DNA of 13,467 nt from an uncultured archaeon. Its GTDB lineage: Archaea > Asgardarchaeota > Lokiarchaeia > Sigyniarchaeales > SOKP01. Shown piece after piece: positions 7,308 to 13,467 of the stretch. The stretch lies in contig CAZBPC010000072.1 in the NCBI GenBank assembly GCA_964493715.1, positions 1 to 13,467 of the forward strand, in the 5' to 3' direction. Position 1 is the first letter of the stretch. The number at the start of each line of letters is the position of its first letter. Below the pieces are notes generated by a model. The model was not told where the DNA came from. It saw only the letters and a program-made list of their open reading frames with translations, and did not search any database. The translations under genes were made by a program, and so were the position numbers.

Positions 7308-8435
7308 TTATCTATCTCTATGTCGTAAGGTACTAGGAATACTTTTATCAGCCTGAGTAGTACTTTCTGGCGAATCAGATGATGAGCTTAAAGGGCGATA
7401 TTTTAATCTTCCAGGCTTCTTCCTGATAACGTGAGTAGTGGAAATTACTGTTAATATTGTAATTGAACCGATTGTTATATAGGTCCAAGGAAGATCAAGT
7501 AAATTAAACAGATTGTTATGAGGTAAAAACCAAAGCAACTTTGTATCATAAGTACCATTGGATACTTGCCCTAAATTAATGTATATCACTCCATTATTTG
7601 AAGGGATTGAAGAAGAAGGCAATGTCACATTTACTGTAGTCATTGTACCATCTGTTATCGCAAAATCATTCCATTCGTATTGTACCTCATATAAACCCGT
7701 TGATGCCCTCAATGGTATTCCAGAGGGTGAGAAGATCAGATTAGCACTCGAATTAAATGATAATTTTAGAGTTAAAGATGATGGTACGTAGTTAACGAAA
7801 GTCAAACGTGATTTTAGCTCATTTGGTGCTAATAATCCAACTTGACGCCCAAGTAACACGTGTTCGCTAGAGATATAAAATTCTGCATTGAATACCCCAT
7901 CACTAGATGAATATCCAGAATAGTAAGCAGGTTGTCCATCAATCCCATAACCGATATTCTCAAGCGTCAGGTTTGTTAATGCCGTTTCTCCGATAATTAC
8001 ATCTACTACTGGGTCAAAATATCCGTTACTATCGACATCTAAGAAGTCAATTAGCGACTTGTATTGCATTTTAAAATCTAATATCGGTATTCCTGTTGAG
8101 ACATCATCATACAAGTTCGATTGAATCGCTAAATGAGAACTAAATCCATGGGAAAGTCCTAAATTATGACCTAATTCATGACCGGTGGTTGTTGGAATAG
8201 TTCCAGTATCATAGGAACTGAAAGTGAGTAGTTCATCAGTTACTTCGAGGAACAACGGGGTTCTTAACCTGTCTTCTTCATTATCTGGAACAGAGTCACC
8301 ATCATTATCTAAGATCTTTGTAATATCGTTATATATAACCATTCCAAGAGAAAAGCCAGAAATCATGCTGAAAATTAATAACAATACGCCTATATTGACG
8401 TGAGGCTTATCTCTCTTAAAATTTTCTTTAGACAT
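7308..8435 (-). CDS. Hypothetical surface protein with N- and C-terminal TM helices, Ca-binding-type Asp motifs and an HExxHxxGxxH motif
   Basis: 375 aa from ATG 8435 (the ORF track starts at upstream TTG 8477). It has a basic N-terminus plus hydrophobic helix, DNDGDSVPDNEE, HELGHNLGLSH, DVDSNGYFD, a beta-rich body with 4 sequons (NLT, NSS, NVT, NGT), a C-terminal TM followed by RKKPGR, and a Ser-rich tail. Confidence 0.8.
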   Translation of the reverse strand: MSKENFKRDKPHVNIGVLLLIFSMISGFSLGMVIYNDITKILDNDGDSVPDNEEDRLRTPLFLEVTDELLTFSSYDTGTIPTTTGHELGHNLGLSHGFSSHLAIQSNLYDDVSTGIPILDFKMQYKSLIDFLDVDSNGYFDPVVDVIIGETALTNLTLENIGYGIDGQPAYYSGYSSSDGVFNAEFYISSEHVLLGRQVGLLAPNELKSRLTFVNYVPSSLTLKLSFNSSANLIFSPSGIPLRASTGLYEVQYEWNDFAITDGTMTTVNVTLPSSSIPSNNGVIYINLGQVSNGTYDTKLLWFLPHNNLFNLLDLPWTYITIGSITILTVISTTHVIRKKPGRLKYRPLSSSSDSPESTTQADKSIPSTLRHRDR

Positions 8436-8749
8436 TATAATTTCTCTACTTTTTAATTTCAGTTTTAGTACACTCAATTCTAGAATAAAATAGAAAAATC
8501 TGTCGATTATTTTATATTCACGAGGATTCCAAACGCCTTATAGATAAGTTGGCTTTATTAAATTAACTTTTTAATTTATAATTTTGAATTTAATCGGTTT
8601 ACTAAAATAACAGATTATGGTTAAAACTTTAAAGAAAACCAATATGAATTTCTGAAAAAATTCTTTAGACAAATCCTAAGCCATAAATACAAAAGATTAA
8701 ATCAATCCTTTTATTATTATATCATAGGTTAACTTGATTTAAATGAATT

Positions 8750-8765
8750 AAAAAAGATTATATAA
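8750..8765 (+). promoter_or_regulatory. Candidate BRE + TATA for the regulator gene
   Basis: AAAAAAGA-TTATATAA lies about 65 nt upstream of the CDS, in an AT-rich context. Confidence 0.3.
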
Positions 8766-8828
8766 TTCAAATTAACATTAATACTCAAATCAGTAATATA
8801 AGATTGTTTGATCTAATAATTATAGGCA

Positions 8829-9623
8829 TTGGGAAGCATATTGATAATTAATCAAATATTATTTGAACTATCCAACGAGGAGCGATTACGAGTATTCAAA
8901 GCATTATTCAATGAAAAGAAGAAACATAGTGATCTTGAACAGGAACTTAGTTTACCAGGATCTGAAATTTCTCGTCATCTTAAACGGTTAAATGAAAGCC
9001 ATCTTATTCGTAAATCTCTCAATCATCAATATTCAATAACAAATTTAGGTAAAATATTTTACCAATTATTAGATATTTTTGAGGTGTCAATAAAATTAAG
9101 AGAATTTTTCAATACCCATTCAATAACTATGATTCCCTTAGATCTCATATTGCAATTAGGAAGCATAAAAACGATCGAACTTGGCACTAATACGATCCAA
9201 AACCTTGAATTATATAGTGATATGATAAAAAATGCTGAGAGTGTCATTTACATCACCATGCATCAAGTTCAGAATTCAATAATCCCAATATTCGAAAAAA
9301 AGATTCAAAATAAATCAATGGATATTCGAGTTTTAGTTGATAAAACCGTATTAATTTCTAGTCAAAATTCGGGGTTAGAAACTTTAAATCGTCAGGATCC
9401 TGAGGATTTTTTCAAGAAAGTAGATCTATTAAAGCCTGTGAAAATTTATGATAATACACTTGATTTTTCACTGTTAATCACTGATAAAGGAGCAATGCTA
9501 TTCTTAGATAAAGATGGGGAAATTGATTATAATCAATGCTTATTGGATAATAACAAATCCTTTATAGAATGGACAACTGAATTATTTGAATATTCTTGGG
9601 AAAAGGGAAGTAATTTGCAATAA
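8829..9623 (+). CDS. Archaeal winged-HTH (ArsR-like) transcriptional regulator with a DUF1724/FilR1-like C-terminal domain
   Basis: The HTH-wing reads LFELSNEERLRVF...LSLPGSEISRHLKRL...LI.K....YSITNLGK. It is followed by FFNTHSITMIP, and the C-terminus FSLLITDK.AMLFL..DG.ID...FIEWTTELFEYSW is typical of this archaeal family. Start is TTG 8829 or 8841. Confidence 0.85.
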   Translation: MGSILIINQILFELSNEERLRVFKALFNEKKKHSDLEQELSLPGSEISRHLKRLNESHLIRKSLNHQYSITNLGKIFYQLLDIFEVSIKLREFFNTHSITMIPLDLILQLGSIKTIELGTNTIQNLELYSDMIKNAESVIYITMHQVQNSIIPIFEKKIQNKSMDIRVLVDKTVLISSQNSGLETLNRQDPEDFFKKVDLLKPVKIYDNTLDFSLLITDKGAMLFLDKDGEIDYNQCLLDNNKSFIEWTTELFEYSWEKGSNLQ

Positions 9624-9666
9624 ATCCTATTGCGAAATATAATTATTTATACAAACTCGTGTCTCT

Positions 9667-10779
9667 TTAAAGCCCATTAGTGATTTTTGAGGAATAATTG
9701 AATACTCCCGGAGAGATTCCTCTTTTTAAAGCTGTTTTATAACACATTAATTGTAGGATTATAATTTCCATAATGGGAGCTAAAATAGGATTTTCGATGT
9801 TGTGTCGAAAAACGATTAGTTTAGGATTGTTTAAGAGCAATTTATCCTCTGAACTCATTTCTTGGTTGGTTACATATAATAACGTTCCAAAAGCCCATTT
9901 TGAAATGAGATTTTCAATGAATCGAATGTTTAGTTCATTTTCGATGGGATTAGAAGTTATGAGTATTATTCGAGTACGTTCATTAAGAGATTCAATTCCA
10001 CCATGCCTAAAAGTTGACACCGTCGTTGCTTCTGATTTAATCTTAACAATTTCTTTAAAGTTTAAGGCTCCTTGGGACGCAGTTGACATGGAAGTTCCCC
10101 TGGCGAGTATCTGAATAAATTGATATCCATTTCCAAATTCTTTATCGATTGTATCAAATATACCACCAAGATTTTCATTATCACTAAGAAAGTTCTTTAT
10201 ATTTGTAATTAGAGATTTTATTATTTCAATTTCAGTCACAGAATCAAAAAAATGGATAATTAATGAACGAGCAAGCACATATAATACTAATAAAGAACAG
10301 GTGTAAGATTTGGAGGTCACGGATTCCTCAATTCCCACGTTTAAAAATAATTGGGCATCTGTATGGGTAGCCAAAAAACTGCTTGAATCATTCGTGATAC
10401 TTATTGTGTAGGGTTTTAGTTTTGATGATTGGATTGATTTAATTAATTCGACTATTTCTCCAGACTCACCTGATTGGGAAACTAAAACAATGGCACTATC
10501 ATCAGAAATTTCTTTATTACTTTGAGGGAACCCATAAAGGAGAAATTCGCCAGCTTCTATACGCTCGACATCAAAACCAGCTTGCCTTAGCATGTAAAAT
10601 GGAATGTAAGTGCAAAAGAAACTTGATCCCATACCCGTAAAAATAAATTTCGTAATATGGTGAAGCTCTATATAATTTCTGATATTATCTAATGATGTTT
10701 TCTGGTTTTTAATAAGAAAGTTAAAACAAGCGTCTATCATTTTTCCTTGAGATAAAATTTCATCTAATAAATGCGTCAT
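9667..10779 (-). CDS. Double-SIS-domain protein, GlmS-isomerase / glucosamine-6-phosphate deaminase (GlmD)-like
   Basis: EILSQG, FTGMGSS, VSQSGESGE, ITND.SS.LA, EESVTSKSYT, LARG...ALNFKE, FRHGG and C-terminal PGVFNYSSKIT. It lies 14 bp downstream of the GH38 gene. Confidence 0.88.
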   Translation of the reverse strand: MTHLLDEILSQGKMIDACFNFLIKNQKTSLDNIRNYIELHHITKFIFTGMGSSFFCTYIPFYMLRQAGFDVERIEAGEFLLYGFPQSNKEISDDSAIVLVSQSGESGEIVELIKSIQSSKLKPYTISITNDSSSFLATHTDAQLFLNVGIEESVTSKSYTCSLLVLYVLARSLIIHFFDSVTEIEIIKSLITNIKNFLSDNENLGGIFDTIDKEFGNGYQFIQILARGTSMSTASQGALNFKEIVKIKSEATTVSTFRHGGIESLNERTRIILITSNPIENELNIRFIENLISKWAFGTLLYVTNQEMSSEDKLLLNNPKLIVFRHNIENPILAPIMEIIILQLMCYKTALKRGISPGVFNYSSKITNGL

Positions 10780-10793
10780 AATTACTCAATGGG

Positions 10794-13467
10794 TTAGGAT
10801 ATTGTATTTTTTTCAAAGTTACACTTGAAATTTACTTTTACAGTAGCTATAACATGTGGATCAAGTGAGAGATCGATATTATTCTTTTCAATTAGTTTAA
10901 CATTCGCTTTTATCTTATTAATTGGATTTTCTTCCAATAAGTTAACGATTTTAGCTGACATGATCTGTAAATCATCCCAAAATGATAATTTACCTATTTG
11001 AGGTTGTGCTGAAAGATTATAAAGGCGTATAATCATATCATCTCCTTCCTCTGCTTTTTTTAGGATACTTAAGGCAATCGATTTATTATCGATAGAAAGG
11101 AATGAAAATTGAGCTGGTAGAAACGATTTCCTCTCAACATGCTTTTTAAGACGATAGGGATATAAAATGCCAAGTGGTGCCAATATTATTCTATCATTAG
11201 CCCCCATATTGGTGTTTATCATCGCAGGACAGAATGCCATCAAGGGATTGCTAAATTCTTGACCATAACGATGTAAATTTTCTAACCCATGGTTATTATT
11301 TTCAATGATTAAGGAAAGTTCAAAAAGATGAGAGCCTATACATTGTGCCTCTGGTGTATTTAAATCAGGTCCCGCATTAATATCTCGCGAATTTAAATCA
11401 AACCGGGATAACCATTCGACACAACGCAATAATGTTATTCCTAATGTAACCTTCCCGTTATCATTTTTAGTTGCGTCATATTCTGGGAGACCTTTATTTA
11501 AAATTGCATGGGTTCTATTATTATCGCTAACTGCAACAAATTGTTCATTATAATTAGTAGTTGTTGGTTTCTGGTTCCAATCACTTCCCTCTGGAATGTC
11601 AACAGGACGGGAAATAACATGAAAATGGCCATCACTTTTAATTTCCTCAGTTTTAATTGATGTGGGAAATTTAATGCGAAGTTTATGATCTCTGCTTTTA
11701 TTCTCCACATTTATGTCAATGTCTACTCTTCTAATGGATTCATATACTGTGAGAGTAATTGAAATTGGATTAGAAACCAAAATTTCTTCTCTTTTTTTAC
11801 GGTCACTACTTAATGATATAGGTAATTTAAAATCATATTCTATTAACAAGGATTTGCTTATTGAACCATATATTTGCGTTGACACATTTAAAGGAAGATT
11901 ATTTTTTGTGGAAAATACTGTATCACTTTGTCCTTTTCTTGGACCTGAGAAGTCATAAAGATCACCCCAGTCCCCAATATCATCGACTTGGTATATATTT
12001 TTATACCATACCTGGCTTTCCTTATCAAATAGTGTTACTTCTCCGTTATCTGCAGCGGTAATTTTATAATATTGATTTTCAATCATATTATTAGTTGAGA
12101 TTATATTGGTGTGTTGTTGATCCTGTAAGGAACTCGTATTATTAGGCTTTAAGTAATAAATACTAAATCCACAAGCTGGAATTTCCCCGATAAATTCACA
12201 TTTATAACTTTTTGAATTAACATGTCGAAACCTTGGGACTTCATTGACTTCTTTGATTTGATATTCAATTTCCTTATCATTGTAATCGCATAAATTGAAG
12301 TTTTTCGCTGCTTTAATCCCCACTCTCTTCATATCAGTGAGGATATTAAACTGAACAACATCTCTTCTTTTCCAAGGTAACGGATTATAAACGACCAAAT
12401 GGATGCGATCCACGGCATCTTCTTGAATGTGTATTACCTCATCCAATGTTAAAAGTGAATTCTTTAATACTTCTAAGCCCATTTGTTCTGCCCAAAGGTA
12501 TCGAATTTTCATTTCTTCATATACTTGGTCTATAGAACATCCACATATAGAATCATGCGGGTGGTTCTTTAACAACCATTTATACCCATTTAGAATGAAT
12601 TCAGAAGGATATTTGAGGTTTCGATGGTTATTAACCACCCATGTGATTGTAGATAAAGGTTCTATGTATTTCTCATAAAGATGTTCGATTCGAGAATTGA
12701 GTTGTTTGACCCACATTCTGGTAGACAAAACTCCGGAAAGAAGATGAATGTATTTACTTCCTCTTAATTCTCCCTCATAACTTTGTAGGTTTGGTTTACT
12801 GGCCATAACTTTATTAACATATTCCTCGAAATTCCCCAATTCCATGCATTTTTCAGGATTTAACTCATTCCATTGGTCTACAATTTCTGGTAGCACTGGA
12901 TTAGCAAAAGAATGATCCGTACCACTATTTAATAGTATTACTGGTGTAGCGGTAAAATTTTCTAGTTTTGATATTGCCCAATTTAACTTTTGAAGCGCTT
13001 TTTTATAAACGCCATTTTTTTTCTTAGTACTTAAATTGGCAACTGAGCCATAACTTAATTTCATGACGCTTGCTAAAACTGAAGCTGCATTTCCAGGAGA
13101 TTTCCAAAAAAACTCAATATTTAGACCTTTTTTTGAGAACTGATTGCCAAGACCTCTCCAAAACAAGACTGCGGGAATTTCGAATCCTTGTAAAATTTGA
13201 GGGAGTTGAGCGATATGGCCGAATGGATCGGGGGTATATCCTACTTTCATTACACTACCGAATCGCCTCGCAATTTTATGTCCTATCATTAAGTTTCGAA
13301 TTAAAGATTCTCCACTAACTAAGAATTCATCAGGCATTACGTACATTGGTCCAACTAATAACCTTCTTTCTTGAATAAGGTTTTTAAGTTTAAACTCCTC
13401 ATCTGGTTTGATTTCCAGATAATCTTCAATTAAAATAGTCTGACCATCTAATGTGAAGCTTTTATAT
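10794..13467 (-). CDS. GH38 alpha-mannosidase (MngB/SpGH38-like subgroup), 5'-partial
   Basis: The frame is open from the window edge: YKSFTLDGQTILIEDYLEIKP...LLVGPMYVMPDEFLVSGESLIRNL. It also has GYTPDPFGH (nucleophile Asp at 13227-13229), NSGTDH, GELR, SGVLSTR, NHPHDSICGCSID, YNPLPW.R, N.GLPEY, TLLR and K.AE..D..IIRLYN. ATG 13346 in the ORF track is an internal Met. Confidence 0.95.
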   Translation of the reverse strand, partial: YKSFTLDGQTILIEDYLEIKPDEEFKLKNLIQERRLLVGPMYVMPDEFLVSGESLIRNLMIGHKIARRFGSVMKVGYTPDPFGHIAQLPQILQGFEIPAVLFWRGLGNQFSKKGLNIEFFWKSPGNAASVLASVMKLSYGSVANLSTKKKNGVYKKALQKLNWAISKLENFTATPVILLNSGTDHSFANPVLPEIVDQWNELNPEKCMELGNFEEYVNKVMASKPNLQSYEGELRGSKYIHLLSGVLSTRMWVKQLNSRIEHLYEKYIEPLSTITWVVNNHRNLKYPSEFILNGYKWLLKNHPHDSICGCSIDQVYEEMKIRYLWAEQMGLEVLKNSLLTLDEVIHIQEDAVDRIHLVVYNPLPWKRRDVVQFNILTDMKRVGIKAAKNFNLCDYNDKEIEYQIKEVNEVPRFRHVNSKSYKCEFIGEIPACGFSIYYLKPNNTSSLQDQQHTNIISTNNMIENQYYKITAADNGEVTLFDKESQVWYKNIYQVDDIGDWGDLYDFSGPRKGQSDTVFSTKNNLPLNVSTQIYGSISKSLLIEYDFKLPISLSSDRKKREEILVSNPISITLTVYESIRRVDIDINVENKSRDHKLRIKFPTSIKTEEIKSDGHFHVISRPVDIPEGSDWNQKPTTTNYNEQFVAVSDNNRTHAILNKGLPEYDATKNDNGKVTLGITLLRCVEWLSRFDLNSRDINAGPDLNTPEAQCIGSHLFELSLIIENNNHGLENLHRYGQEFSNPLMAFCPAMINTNMGANDRIILAPLGILYPYRLKKHVERKSFLPAQFSFLSIDNKSIALSILKKAEEGDDMIIRLYNLSAQPQIGKLSFWDDLQIMSAKIVNLLEENPINKIKANVKLIEKNNIDLSLDPHVIATVKVNFKCNFEKNTIS

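Noticed and set aside
8388-8435. Annotating the 7308-8435 gene as tuf / EF-Tu
   Set aside because: Only 16 residues match. There is no GHVDHGKT P-loop, DxPG or NKxD, and the rest is a membrane protein.
4741-10779. Calling either SIS gene glmS or frlB
   Set aside because: Both lack the N-terminal Cys glutaminase domain of GlmS, and the motifs are too divergent to assign a specific orthologue by eye.
794-13318. Short alternative ORFs in the track (794-985, 2698-2934, 3107-3361, 3656-3838, 5422-5634, 6594-6878, 7558-7791, 9059-9247, 9773-10114, 11498-11710, 11713-11958, 11861-12061, 12427-12678, 13070-13318)
   Set aside because: They overlap well-supported genes, antisense or out of frame, and show no recognisable motifs, so they are treated as shadow ORFs.

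Overview
AT-rich window that looks archaeal, possibly Asgard/Lokiarchaeia-like. This is inferred from TATA/BRE-type promoters, a GAGGTGA Shine-Dalgarno site, an HTH-DUF1724-type regulator and sequon-rich surface proteins. It holds 11 well-supported genes: a frameshifted iron-sulfur flavoprotein (runs off the left edge), a membrane-anchored PHP/DUF3604-like metallohydrolase, a small 4-TM protein, a DsbA/FrnE thiol oxidoreductase, a small Zn-finger protein, and two converging sugar-catabolism units (SIS protein + PfkB kinase on +; GH38 alpha-mannosidase, running off the right edge, + a second SIS protein on -). Between those units lies a divergent pair: a winged-HTH regulator and an unusual 375-aa two-TM surface protein. 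That protein is the most striking object. It starts with a near copy of the bacterial EF-Tu N-terminal peptide, carries an isolated perfect metzincin motif (HELGHNLGLSH) and two Ca-binding-type Asp motifs, and its beta-rich ectodomain may resemble the eukaryotic lysosomal protein GLMP. No rRNA, tRNA, CRISPR array or intact mobile element was seen. All family assignments come from motif recognition by eye, not database searches.
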